Positions 41,556-51,020 are shown, numbered from the stretch's first letter. The stretch is DNA of 64,000 bases from a virus (IMGVR_UViG_2571042804_000002:4662-68661); one strand, 5' to 3'. The notes: a model not told the origin generated them from the letters alone. Made by a program: numbers and translations.

Positions 41556-41993
41556 TTATTTGATACCCGCATGATACGCTACCGCTTTAACAAAGTTCTT
41601 TCGTACTGTAGTAACTGTATTACGATGCATGTGACATGCATCTCCTATTTGCTCTATCTTTAGCTTCTTATCTCTATTCCAATACTTTAACCTTATTACT
41701 TTCTTATGATCTTCAGGTAACTTTAAGTATTCACTTTCAACTGCTTCGACCATTTCTTCTAGGTTTCGTAACATCTTATTAGTCAATAACCTTGTTGCCA
41801 TTAGTTCAGTTGTTCTAACTGGTTCACCTTTTTGCAACGGTCCATACACAATGTTAGTGTCTAGCTCTTTCGTTGGGTTAAGTATCTCCATTCTCAATCT
41901 ATTTATCTCTTTCTTGTTCTCTTGTAGGTTATATATCTCTGACTCAATATATTTAAATGTACCTGGCTTAATATCGTATGATGCCTTTCCCAT
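41556..41993 (-). CDS. rinA: RinA/ArpU-family late transcription activator
   Basis: FKYIESEIY...C-terminal sigma4-like HTH; position before packaging module. Confidence 0.82.
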   Translation of the reverse strand: MGKASYDIKPGTFKYIESEIYNLQENKKEINRLRMEILNPTKELDTNIVYGPLQKGEPVRTTELMATRLLTNKMLRNLEEMVEAVESEYLKLPEDHKKVIRLKYWNRDKKLKIEQIGDACHMHRNTVTTVRKNFVKAVAYHAGIK

Positions 41994-42005
41994 CTTATAC
42001 CTCCA

Positions 42006-43364
42006 TTACTTATGCTTAGCTATTCTTGCTTTAATAGCTTTCATCAATTCTTCTTGCGTTAGTTCTTTATTTTGTAAAGCTTTATATACTCTTTGATCTA
42101 TTGTGTTATCGGTCATAATGTGATGAATAATAGTCGTATGATTTTGTCCTTGTCTATATAATCTTGCATTTGCTTGTTGGTATAATTCCAATGACCATGT
42201 AAGTCCAAACCAAACAATAATGTGCCCACCTTGTTGTAAGTTTAATCCATGCCCTGCACTTGCTGGATGTGCTATAAGCAGCTTAATGTCTCCACTATTC
42301 CAACGTTCTTTATAGTTTGAATCCTCTAATGTGGTTGCTTCCTTAAACCTTTGAAGTATTCTTTCTTTATCATGTTTGAAGTTATAAAACAATAATATTG
42401 GTTGGCCTTGAGACTCCTCTATAATTTCCTCTAACTTATCTAACTTCTTATCATGTATAAGTCTTACATCTTCATCATCTGTATAAACTGCACCGTTAGA
42501 TAGTTGAAGTAGTTTTTGACTTAATGATGCCCCATTCTGAGCTACAACTGTTCCTTCTTCTTCCGATTCTAAAATATAGTTTTTTTCTAATTCTGCATAT
42601 ACTTTTCTTTCTTTTTCAGATAAGACTACTGTTTGTTTAGTATCAACTCTGTCAGGCATATTTAGATAATCTTTCGCTTTCATGCTTAAACATATATCTT
42701 CTATTCGTTCATATATCTTTTCTTCAGATCCGTCTCTTAGCTCCCAGTTAAAAACATGTTCGCTAACTTGATGTGTTGGTTTAAAGTACCTTTCTCGATA
42801 ACGACTGAATGAAGACTCAAGTCTTTCGCCTCTGTCTATCAAATAAACTTGAGCCCATAAATCCTGTAAACTATTTGGGCTAGGTGTTCCTGTTAATCCT
42901 ATAAATCTATTAATGAGTGGTAATTTCTTTTTAATAGATTTAAACCTTTGACTCTTAGGACTTTTAAATGTAGACAGTTCATCAATTACAACCATATCAA
43001 ATGGCCATTCTTTTTTATATTGATCGCATAACCATTTAGTATTTTCTTTATTGGTTACATAGATATCAGCCTCTGTGTTTAATGCATCATTTCTTTCTTT
43101 AGGTGTTCCTAAGACTAAAGACACTTTCAGATGATTTAAATGGTTCCACTTATCAACTTCATCAACCCATGTATCTTTAGCAACTTGTTTAGGTGCTATG
43201 ACTAACATTTTTTTAGTGTCTAACAACTGCAATTCACTAAATGCTGTAAGTGTTGATACTGTTTTCCCTAGCCCCATATCTAAAAACAAACCGTATTTCT
43301 CATTATCAATAACTTTATCTATTGCATACTTTTGATAGCTATGTGGTTTGAAGTCAATCGCCAA
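42006..43364 (-). CDS. SNF2-like DEAD/H helicase
   Basis: DMGLGKT, VIDELS, LTGTP, GHGLNLQ, QANARLYRQGQ. Confidence 0.92.
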   Translation of the reverse strand: MAIDFKPHSYQKYAIDKVIDNEKYGLFLDMGLGKTVSTLTAFSELQLLDTKKMLVIAPKQVAKDTWVDEVDKWNHLNHLKVSLVLGTPKERNDALNTEADIYVTNKENTKWLCDQYKKEWPFDMVVIDELSTFKSPKSQRFKSIKKKLPLINRFIGLTGTPSPNSLQDLWAQVYLIDRGERLESSFSRYRERYFKPTHQVSEHVFNWELRDGSEEKIYERIEDICLSMKAKDYLNMPDRVDTKQTVVLSEKERKVYAELEKNYILESEEEGTVVAQNGASLSQKLLQLSNGAVYTDDEDVRLIHDKKLDKLEEIIEESQGQPILLFYNFKHDKERILQRFKEATTLEDSNYKERWNSGDIKLLIAHPASAGHGLNLQQGGHIIVWFGLTWSLELYQQANARLYRQGQNHTTIIHHIMTDNTIDQRVYKALQNKELTQEELMKAIKARIAKHK

Positions 43365-43644
43365 ATGTTCCACCTACCATTCTGATAAAAGTATTTACTT
43401 GTTCTTTATTCCATAACACATATACTTTATGATCTCTATTTTCAAATTGTCTATGCACATATTTTTGTAAAGGATGCAACTTTCCTTTTTCTTGCTTCAT
43501 TTCTACAAAATATGTTTTTCCTTCTGGCATAATAATAATTCTATCTGGCACACCTCTTGTTCCAGGTGCGACCCATTTTAAACATAAACCGTTTAGCTTT
43601 GTTATCTCTTTCACTAAATATTTTTCTAATGTCGATTCTTTCAT
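43354..43644 (-). CDS. VRR-NUC nuclease
   Basis: GVPDR...FVEMK...LQ. Confidence 0.88.
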   Translation of the reverse strand: MKESTLEKYLVKEITKLNGLCLKWVAPGTRGVPDRIIIMPEGKTYFVEMKQEKGKLHPLQKYVHRQFENRDHKVYVLWNKEQVNTFIRMVGGTFGD

Positions 43645-43683
43645 TTATTCACCTTGTATACAAAATTTATATTTGTGTTCCGA

Positions 43684-43955
43684 TGTTGTATCAATTCTTG
43701 CCAAACTTTTAAAAATAGCTGTTAGAGGGTTACCCCTATACCCCTTTACTCCCTAACACTACTTTTTAAACTTTATAGTGAATTTGATGCAACATTGGAA
43801 ACAAACAGGGTTGAACCCTACAGCTAGAAAGGAAAGAGGTGTTGTATCATTTGTTGCATCAATGTTGCATCACCAAAAATGATACAACACCTACGATTAC
43901 TTTTTACACTCCCGTGTTGCATCACTCAAAAAATGATGCAACATCTGATACAACA
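43684..43955. repeat. Nine TGTTGYATCA iteron-like repeats in both orientations; probable replication origin
   Basis: Copies at 43684, 43785(rc), 43840, 43852, 43863, 43880(rc), 43915, 43934(rc), 43946(rc). Confidence 0.8.
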
Positions 43956-43984
43956 CTCTAAAATGCATATTTATTCAATATTTC

Positions 43985-46432
43985 TTATATTAAATCCTCT
44001 AAACTTTCATCTCTTACATAAGCTATCTGTACACCATAATCTTTTCCAAATCGAATTTTCCCACTTTTATTACCATCATATACAGACCAATTGTCTAATT
44101 GTCTTAAGATGTTTGAAATCTTTCTAATTTCCATAGATCCTCTACTATCTCCCTTATCTTTACCAAAACATTCAACAAACACTTCAAGCGCACAGACTTT
44201 ATTTCTTTTAACGTAATCTACATTTCCTGTTGGTAACATATCAACATCACCTTGATAAAATCGTCTTCGTTCAAAGATAGTTAAGTCATCCCAATTGCTA
44301 GGAATTGGTGTGTTAAGATATTCATCAATAATGCCTGTATATGGAGATTCCTCAGTATGTTTGCTTTGTATTGAACGCATTTCTTCTTCTAGTTCAGGGT
44401 TAAGGAATAAATCTTCTCCTTGTTCATAATAGTGTTTAGCTTCTGCCCAAATTTGGTCAATCTCATCTTTGGTTAGTTTAGACCAGTTCACTTCAACTCT
44501 CTCTGGATTTACAGTCATTGGCCAAAAACGTCTTCCACCAGTTTCATCTCTTAAGAAATCAACTTTATTAGTTGTACCAATGAAAATACATTGCCTTGGA
44601 AAATCTTCAATATAATGCCCATAAGCAACACGAAATCGGTCAACTTGTTTAGATATGAAATGCTTAATAGCTTCAACTTCAGCTTTTCTTGTAGCTGCAA
44701 GTTCTGCCATTTCCATTAGCCAAACGCCTTGTAAGGCCTCATAAGCTTCTTTACCTGTAACAGAAACTAAACTGTCAGAAAACCATGCACCACCTAATTT
44801 TTTTAGCAAAGCAGATTTACCTACACCTTGAGGACCATAAAGTGTAAGCATATAGTCAAATTTACATCCAGGCTCCATTACTCTAGCGATTCCAGCAGTC
44901 AATGCTTTTTTGGTAGTTGTTCTATTCACTTCAGTGTCTTCAACACCTAAGTATTTGATAAATAACTTTTCAAGACGTTTATGTCCATCCCACGATATTT
45001 TATTTAGATAATCCCTTACTGGATGATAAGCATTTTGCATTGCTACGCTTATAATGGCATCTTTTGTTTTACCTGAATGGTGTATGTCATAAATCTTTTC
45101 GATATAACTTCTTAAACTGCTATCATCACCGTCTTGCCATTGACGTGTCTTAAAATTAGTATTCCATGGCACTTTCCCTAAACATTCAATTTGTTTCGTA
45201 AATTCGTTAAAGGCTATTTTTCCTTTTAAATTTGGATCATTACGCAATATAATTTCTATATTTGGGATACTAGCTTTGAAAGTACCTTTCGAAGTAATTT
45301 CTAACGTCTCAGACCATGCATCATCGCTATTTTCTATTTCATCGAAATCCTGCATTGCATCAGACATTTTGTCATTAATTAATTGCTTTTTAACAACCTC
45401 ATCATTTTGCGCTCTTTGCTGCATTGCTTTATAACTAGGTAGTCGATTAACCGGAGTATCTGTTTTAGTTTCTTCATCTTGAGCACCATATAAGTGTATG
45501 CGTACTAAATCAAAACTGTTCACAAGCATACCGCTTACGGGATCCGTATTATGATGAGAATAGGCAAACTTGTTATTTTCGTATAACACCAATCCACCTG
45601 CAGTTGAACCTTCATGATAGGTATAACGGTTAGTAGAATGTTTTTCGTATAAATCAGGAATAAAAGTTTCTATAGCTTCTTCTATCGTATAGGCTCTACA
45701 AAATGCACCAACAATTCCCGGCTTTTCTTCTGGGTCGCCTTGCTTATCTGCTAATCTTTTAGTCTTACTCTCTTCCCTTGAAGACGTTGGCCATTCTAAT
45801 GTGTCAGTCCAATCAACATATTCATTTAATATTTTATCTGGGTCTAACAAAGGTAAATCTTCATAGGTAAAGAAAAATTCCGCATCGTTACTAGTTGAAG
45901 GCCAATACATTAACCTATGTGGTTGATAAGTTGTATCATCGAAGTAATCCATGCCAACGATATCTGCGACTTTACGCCCAATAGCTTCATACTCATCTGC
46001 ATTTACATTTCGTTTTAAAGGAATCACTAAACGCAGTCTTGGACTTATCTCTCTATGCTTATGTGTTGAATATAAACAATATGCAAAATCATAAAACATA
46101 GATAATATGTCAGTCATATCTTGGGCTGCATAATCGATATCAAGTGTTAGCATTGAACGATTCATGACTTGACCAGCACGTCGTTTGCCTTCTTTTAAAT
46201 ATCCGCCGACAAATCCGCCAACGTCTTTTATATCTGCTTGTTCATACTTAGACATTTTATTGTACTCAGTTAAATCTTCTTTAGTTCTAACTGTTTGTGC
46301 TAGCTTCTGCATAAAGTCAGACCAAGCCATATTGTGATTAGTCCAATGTGTAGATAAACGACTAGCAGCATAAGAATATGAGACATCACGATCATATTTA
46401 ATTGTTTCTATTTGAGTGACTTTGTCTAACAT
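43985..46432 (-). CDS. VirE/VapE-family primase-helicase
   Basis: LTLDID, YSTHKH, RLRLVIPL (AEP-like); GPQGVGKS, GTTN, GGRRFW (SF3-like). Confidence 0.88.
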   Translation of the reverse strand: MLDKVTQIETIKYDRDVSYSYAASRLSTHWTNHNMAWSDFMQKLAQTVRTKEDLTEYNKMSKYEQADIKDVGGFVGGYLKEGKRRAGQVMNRSMLTLDIDYAAQDMTDILSMFYDFAYCLYSTHKHREISPRLRLVIPLKRNVNADEYEAIGRKVADIVGMDYFDDTTYQPHRLMYWPSTSNDAEFFFTYEDLPLLDPDKILNEYVDWTDTLEWPTSSREESKTKRLADKQGDPEEKPGIVGAFCRAYTIEEAIETFIPDLYEKHSTNRYTYHEGSTAGGLVLYENNKFAYSHHNTDPVSGMLVNSFDLVRIHLYGAQDEETKTDTPVNRLPSYKAMQQRAQNDEVVKKQLINDKMSDAMQDFDEIENSDDAWSETLEITSKGTFKASIPNIEIILRNDPNLKGKIAFNEFTKQIECLGKVPWNTNFKTRQWQDGDDSSLRSYIEKIYDIHHSGKTKDAIISVAMQNAYHPVRDYLNKISWDGHKRLEKLFIKYLGVEDTEVNRTTTKKALTAGIARVMEPGCKFDYMLTLYGPQGVGKSALLKKLGGAWFSDSLVSVTGKEAYEALQGVWLMEMAELAATRKAEVEAIKHFISKQVDRFRVAYGHYIEDFPRQCIFIGTTNKVDFLRDETGGRRFWPMTVNPERVEVNWSKLTKDEIDQIWAEAKHYYEQGEDLFLNPELEEEMRSIQSKHTEESPYTGIIDEYLNTPIPSNWDDLTIFERRRFYQGDVDMLPTGNVDYVKRNKVCALEVFVECFGKDKGDSRGSMEIRKISNILRQLDNWSVYDGNKSGKIRFGKDYGVQIAYVRDESLEDLI

Positions 46433-46483
46433 GTTCGGCTCCTTTCATTATTTTAGATAGAGTAGAGAAGCCAACGCCTCTCT

Positions 46484-46684
46484 TTAGCTTTTGAATCTTT
46501 TTCTAATTCGTTCAACTTCATTTTCATAATCTTCTAAACCTTCAACACCATTATTTTTTACTAACTGCTTGAAAAGATAAGCATTCATATACTCCAATGC
46601 TTCTATGGTTTTCATCTTATGAGAAATGCTACTTAACAAGATCAATAAAAATATAGATAAAACAATTGAAATGACAATCCACAT
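46484..46684 (-). CDS. DUF1514-like phage protein
   Basis: MWIVISIVLS... N-terminal TM, GGAGG RBS. Confidence 0.7.
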   Translation of the reverse strand: MWIVISIVLSIFLLILLSSISHKMKTIEALEYMNAYLFKQLVKNNGVEGLEDYENEVERIRKRFKS

Positions 46685-46751
46685 ATTTACAACACCTCCA
46701 GTGCTATTGCTAAACACATTAATATAATTAATTCAAAAATGATAATAGCTA

Positions 46752-46904
46752 TTACCATGAAACTTCAGCTCTGATTTTTTCAAAATCACTCGGCGCTTCT
46801 ACATCATCATTAGCCGTCATCATAATATATACTTGCTCAGTTACATACTTACCTAGCTCATACATTGCTAGTAAGAATAATAATCTTAATATTTGCTTAA
46901 TCAT
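46752..46904 (-). CDS. rinB: RinB-family protein
   Basis: Manual translation MIKQILRLLFLLAMYELGKYVTEQVYIMMTANDDVEAPSDFEKIRAEVSW. Confidence 0.8.
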   Translation of the reverse strand: MIKQILRLLFLLAMYELGKYVTEQVYIMMTANDDVEAPSDFEKIRAEVSW

Positions 46905-47107
46905 TTCCCACACTCCCTTATATTTTCAAACAACTGACCTAATTTAATAACTGCACCCCTTTTAACTTGTGCCTCGTACTTCTCTTTCGCTTCTTCTTTA
47001 CTCTCCGCCTCAACAACTGTAAACGTCTGATTATCTCTAGCAGCAGTAAAATGTTCATGTGGTAGTCCTGATGAATCTTTGAATGTTGTGACTAAGTATT
47101 GTGTCAC
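46901..47107 (-). CDS. DUF1381-like phage protein
   Basis: MTQYLVTTFKDS...VEAESKEEA. Confidence 0.78.
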   Translation of the reverse strand: MTQYLVTTFKDSSGLPHEHFTAARDNQTFTVVEAESKEEAKEKYEAQVKRGAVIKLGQLFENIRECGK

Positions 47108-47143
47108 TTCCCCAAAACCTCCTTGACTCGATCTAAGATGTCT

Positions 47144-47680
47144 TTACACGTATCCTTTCCCTGCGTCTGCTGTTCCATCTTGTCTTTCATGATTCCTTTT
47201 CATTTTCTTTTTGTATGCGTCAATGAGTTGGTCGATAGAATAGTAAGTATTGGCGTACAAAAACGGCATTATTAAAACTTGTACAATGCTATTATCAATA
47301 CCTTTTACAAATTGTTCTGTTAGCGTATGCATTACATGAACAAAATAAACTGAATGTAGTTTAGGTAAAGTAACTTCATTTTCAATCAAATCAACCATAA
47401 CCTCAGTAGTCTCTTCCAAATCTTCTTCATCAACAATAGTCAGAGTTAATTGCAAACTGAAAGCTAAGTAATCAGCAATCTCATCTAATTGTGTATCTAA
47501 TGGCTTACCTGGTTGTTTCTTCCAATTTTTAAAAAACTCAAGTGTGTTAACCCACTCCGCAAATTCAATAATCATACTAGCTACTGTGTCATTTAAATTT
47601 CTAGTCGGTATTCTATCGTCGAACTTCTTTTGTATTTGTAATAACTCTTGTAACTGATCAATTGTTAACGTGTTAGTCAT
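47144..47680 (-). CDS. dut: Dimeric (all-alpha) dUTPase
   Basis: QKKFD, EFAEW, FKNWKK, DEIAD, KMKRNHERQD; at the usual dut locus. Confidence 0.87.
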   Translation of the reverse strand: MTNTLTIDQLQELLQIQKKFDDRIPTRNLNDTVASMIIEFAEWVNTLEFFKNWKKQPGKPLDTQLDEIADYLAFSLQLTLTIVDEEDLEETTEVMVDLIENEVTLPKLHSVYFVHVMHTLTEQFVKGIDNSIVQVLIMPFLYANTYYSIDQLIDAYKKKMKRNHERQDGTADAGKGYV

Positions 47681-48234
47681 TATTCTTTCTCCTTATTTTT
47701 CATTTTTTTAACCGATCTTCTAGTTTGTTTTTTTAATAATTTAGCAATGTTAATCCCCGTTTTGGTTAATTCTGCATTTTCATAAAACAAATTGTTATTA
47801 ATCATCATCTGTAATGTCGAATAAGTGATCATCGCTAAATTTTCAATTCTAAAATCTTTTTTATTTCCGTTCAAAAAGATTACTGCGTGTTTTGGTGGTA
47901 TTTCGCCATAATATTTTTCCCAAACATAGTGATGATATAATTTCCAGTTATTTCTTTGATTATTAGTTTTGTTGTCTACTTTTATTAAAACGTATCCGTG
48001 TTGACCTAATTTTTTAGAACCTATAGGCTTGTGAAGATGTCCATGTGCTTGCCTAGATCCGTATGGCGACACACCACTTTTTACACCTAAACGGTTCATC
48101 TTAGCATTGATAGCATTCTTGCTTATATTCGTACCAAATTTGTTATTAAACATATCTCTAACATCTTTTAAGTAACGACCCTTATAAATAGATTTCACAT
48201 AATCAATGTGTTTCTGTTCCCACTTAAACCTCAT
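47680..48234 (-). CDS. HNH_3-like endonuclease-domain protein
   Basis: KPIGS...GYVLIK...WKLYHHYVWEKYYGEIP...VIFLNGNK...IENL. Confidence 0.75.
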   Translation of the reverse strand: MRFKWEQKHIDYVKSIYKGRYLKDVRDMFNNKFGTNISKNAINAKMNRLGVKSGVSPYGSRQAHGHLHKPIGSKKLGQHGYVLIKVDNKTNNQRNNWKLYHHYVWEKYYGEIPPKHAVIFLNGNKKDFRIENLAMITYSTLQMMINNNLFYENAELTKTGINIAKLLKKQTRRSVKKMKNKEKE

Positions 48235-48470
48235 TTTTTATTCTCCAACATTTCAGGTAATTGATTGTTCAAGTCTAAACTTTCATCTTTAAATTTGTGT
48301 GCCTGTAAAATCAAATTACCGTTTTTAACAATACTTCTCGCTACATCAGAGATGACTTTAGCTCTTTGCAATTCTTCTTGGAGTTCATCACCTTTTATTT
48401 CTTCGTCATTAAGCCTCTCGAGTTGTGCAAATAAATGGTTATTTAAATCAACTAAAGTGTTTTTAGTCAT
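48231..48470 (-). CDS. Hypothetical phage protein (partner of HNH-like gene)
   Basis: MTKNTLVDLNNHLFAQLERL...; GAGGAG RBS; ATGA overlap with next gene. Confidence 0.75.
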   Translation of the reverse strand: MTKNTLVDLNNHLFAQLERLNDEEIKGDELQEELQRAKVISDVARSIVKNGNLILQAHKFKDESLDLNNQLPEMLENKK

Positions 48471-48726
48471 TTTCCTGCTCCTCCTCATATTTATAGACCA
48501 CTTGCCCCGTCATAATCCCTACTGCTTCATCAAGACCAATATCTTCTTTGAGTGCATCTTGCATAGCATTAGGTAAACCCTCAAGTATTTCATCAAACGC
48601 TTGCGCTTTCTTATACACGTCTTCAATCTCTTTTAGTAATCCCTCTGTGTCATTGCCGTTGTATGCGCTAGCACTTATAACGGACTGTTCAATTAGAGTT
48701 AGTACAAAGATTTTTATATTGTTCAT
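48463..48726 (-). CDS. DUF1024-like protein with apparently altered 5' end
   Basis: IEQSVISASAYNGNDTEGLLKEIEDVYKKAQAFDEI; no clear RBS at 48726. Confidence 0.65.
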   Translation of the reverse strand: MNNIKIFVLTLIEQSVISASAYNGNDTEGLLKEIEDVYKKAQAFDEILEGLPNAMQDALKEDIGLDEAVGIMTGQVVYKYEEEQEND

Positions 48727-48741
48727 CTGATAAGGTGAACG

Positions 48742-49089
48742 TCATCTCATAACCTCCAATAGCATCTCATTTTCAAAAATATTTCCAACAATTTCAATAA
48801 TATCGTCATTTTCACTTAGTAATTCAGTTACATTGCTAAAAGTTATATAAAAGGCTCCTTCTTTAAACTCGATAAAACTTACTTCTCTCGAATAACAATC
48901 TTGAACAATATCCCCTTCATAAATCTCCACACCGTGCACATCTTTAAATCCTGTGTATTGTAATAGTTTTACTTCATTGAAACTTTTATAACCTGTTGAA
49001 ATCAAAATGTACCCACTATTAAAATCGATTTCGTCAATAATACTCATAACTTTTTTATCTTTATCCCAAGCTTTAAATTTCAACATCAT
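48742..49089 (-). CDS. YopX-family protein
   Basis: KFKAWD, QYTGFKD..G.EIYEGDI, EIVGNIFEN. Confidence 0.9.
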   Translation of the reverse strand: MMLKFKAWDKDKKVMSIIDEIDFNSGYILISTGYKSFNEVKLLQYTGFKDVHGVEIYEGDIVQDCYSREVSFIEFKEGAFYITFSNVTELLSENDDIIEIVGNIFENEMLLEVMR

Positions 49090-49493
49090 ACTAGCAACTC
49101 CCCATCTTTCCAGATTAACGTCATAGTTAGGTCATCGTTTAAGATGTAGAATGCTTTGGTAGGCACACATCTGCCATATAAACATTCTTTTATACTAGTG
49201 TTCTCATATAGTGTAGAGTTATAGTCTCCTTCTTGAATCTCGAATAATTCAATCAACCTATCAACCTTAGTCTCTTCTGTGATATCTTCTTCAAATTCGA
49301 CTTCAAAAGTATCATCAGCTGATACAAAACCTTTTATGATACAATTTCTTCCGTCATAAAGAGAGAAGCACTTATAATCAATATCACTCTTGGTTTGTGG
49401 ATAAAAATTTCTTCCTGTTGCTAATCCAGGGTTATCCCATGCCCACTTAATTAATTCATCTAGTCTCATTTCTTTTTTTACTTTGATTTTCAT
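49086..49493 (-). CDS. Hypothetical phage protein
   Basis: ORF track; ELIKWAWDNP. Confidence 0.75.
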   Translation of the reverse strand: MKIKVKKEMRLDELIKWAWDNPGLATGRNFYPQTKSDIDYKCFSLYDGRNCIIKGFVSADDTFEVEFEEDITEETKVDRLIELFEIQEGDYNSTLYENTSIKECLYGRCVPTKAFYILNDDLTMTLIWKDGELLV

Positions 49494-49495
49494 TG

Positions 49496-49705
49496 TTATA
49501 TCTCCTCTTGAATAGTGAATTTATCGTTAATTGATACGTATCCAGTCACATTACATAAGATGCTATCAACATCAAAAGTCACACAACAGTTGCGTTCAAC
49601 ATCGTTTGAATAGAATCTTTTATTACCTGATAACTTGGGGTTATCCCAAGCCCATTGGATAAGTTCAGGCAAGTTCACTTCTTTTTCAATTTTGATTTTC
49701 ATCAT
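49496..49705 (-). CDS. Hypothetical phage protein, short paralogue of 49086..49493
   Basis: MMKIKIEKEVNLPELIQWAWDNP. Confidence 0.7.
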   Translation of the reverse strand: MMKIKIEKEVNLPELIQWAWDNPKLSGNKRFYSNDVERNCCVTFDVDSILCNVTGYVSINDKFTIQEEI

Positions 49706-49716
49706 TTCCATCTCCT

Positions 49717-49959
49717 CTAAAATAAAGTTAGTTGCTTCTGCTCCTCGTATTCCAAACCATGTTGCTTTATATATGTTTCAAGCTCTTCCGCTGTATCAAA
49801 TGTCTTTTTCACACCTTGCCAACCTGGTACGATATGTCCGTGAAAGTAATAAGTGCCGTTTACTACATGGATATGTGCCACTCGTTCGTTATCCTGATAC
49901 AGATATCTCTTAGATCCAAAGAATTGATTTAGGTATTCTTTACGCGCGCTATCTGTCAT
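49717..49959 (-). CDS. phiPVL ORF51-like protein
   Basis: MTDSARKEYLNQFFGSKRYLYQD. Confidence 0.75.
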   Translation of the reverse strand: MTDSARKEYLNQFFGSKRYLYQDNERVAHIHVVNGTYYFHGHIVPGWQGVKKTFDTAEELETYIKQHGLEYEEQKQLTLF

Positions 49960-49973
49960 GGTCATCACTCCTT

Positions 49974-50174
49974 TTAACAATTAGGCAGACCAAACGACAT
50001 GCATTCGTCGTATAGCTCTTCATTACTTATGCTTGCCTTATAGTTTTCAATCACATTGCTAACTTCTTTATGACTCATTGCTTTAACTTGTTCGTCTGTA
50101 TATTTTTCGCAGTCTTCTAATTCCAGTTGCTCCTGTAATGACATCACATATTCAACTTGTCTTTGGGTTGCCAT
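49974..50174 (-). CDS. Hypothetical phage protein
   Basis: MATQRQVEYV..., GGAGG RBS. Confidence 0.7.
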   Translation of the reverse strand: MATQRQVEYVMSLQEQLELEDCEKYTDEQVKAMSHKEVSNVIENYKASISNEELYDECMSFGLPNC

Positions 50175-50176
50175 CG

Positions 50177-50434
50177 TTAACCCTCCCACAAGTCAAAAGC
50201 TCTTTGGACGTAAAACTTCGCCTTTGCTAAATCCTCATGACCATTCTTTAACGGTGCTCTAGACAAGTATTTGATTGCATTACCTATTGCGAATGCTAGT
50301 TGAGGTGGATACTGTGCCGTAACCTGTTCGATAAAATCTATAATTTCAATGTCGCCGTATGTGTAGTGCGCTGGTTGCTTAACATTGTCTTGCGCTTCGT
50401 TCATATCTACTTTTCTGTTACTGATTACGCTCAT
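50177..50434 (-). CDS. DUF3310 protein
   Basis: VKQPAHYT..IEIIDFI...GNAIKYLSR..KNG.EDL.KA..Y. Confidence 0.85.
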   Translation of the reverse strand: MSVISNRKVDMNEAQDNVKQPAHYTYGDIEIIDFIEQVTAQYPPQLAFAIGNAIKYLSRAPLKNGHEDLAKAKFYVQRAFDLWEG

Positions 50435-50838
50435 TATGCTTCACTCCATTTCTTGAACATTTGGTTATAAGTGACATCGAACCAGTACGGATCACGTGAA
50501 TGTTTTTGTGGCGTTCCATCATAAAGCCATGGTCTTAATCTTCTCTTTCTTTCCTGTTCATATTCCGCTCTCACATTTCGTTGGTATCGGTTCAAAATCG
50601 CTTTTTTTCTGATTTTTTCTCTCCCTTTTTCTTCATCTTTTATTTGACTCTTCATATATTCAACTTCTTCTTTAGATTTTGAGTCCTTTCTTCCACACAA
50701 TAATTCATCGCCGCGCATTTTATGTTTGTATCTATATCTAAGAAGTTCTGGAGATATATGATATTTTTCTGAAACTTCTCTCAATGTCATTAGTTTTCCT
50801 TTAATACGCACTCTTATAACTTTTCTTCTAGCCATCAT
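50434..50838 (-). CDS. phiPVL ORF50-like protein
   Basis: N-terminal HTH-like region, PWLYDGTPQKH. Confidence 0.75.
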   Translation of the reverse strand: MMARRKVIRVRIKGKLMTLREVSEKYHISPELLRYRYKHKMRGDELLCGRKDSKSKEEVEYMKSQIKDEEKGREKIRKKAILNRYQRNVRAEYEQERKRRLRPWLYDGTPQKHSRDPYWFDVTYNQMFKKWSEA

Positions 50839-51020
50839 TCCACCTCTAAATCTAAAACCTTGATATTTATAACGTTATATTTTAATAGTTCACCTGGATT
50901 ATTAAATAAATAGTCCGCCAAATTTTCTTTTTCTTTATCAATCTGATTGTAATTAACACTTTCGACTTCTGTAGGAATTCTAATGTCAACAGAAGCATTG
51001 ATATAAGCTTGATGTTGCAT
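50835..51020 (-). CDS. DUF3113-like protein
   Basis: ORF track; recalled family. Confidence 0.65.
   Translation of the reverse strand: MQHQAYINASVDIRIPTEVESVNYNQIDKEKENLADYLFNNPGELLKYNVINIKVLDLEVE

Noticed and set aside
43684-43955. Repeat cluster as a CRISPR array, with DUF2800 as Cas4
   Set aside because: 10-bp repeats in mixed orientation with irregular spacing; no cas operon; DUF2800 is a standard replication-module nuclease
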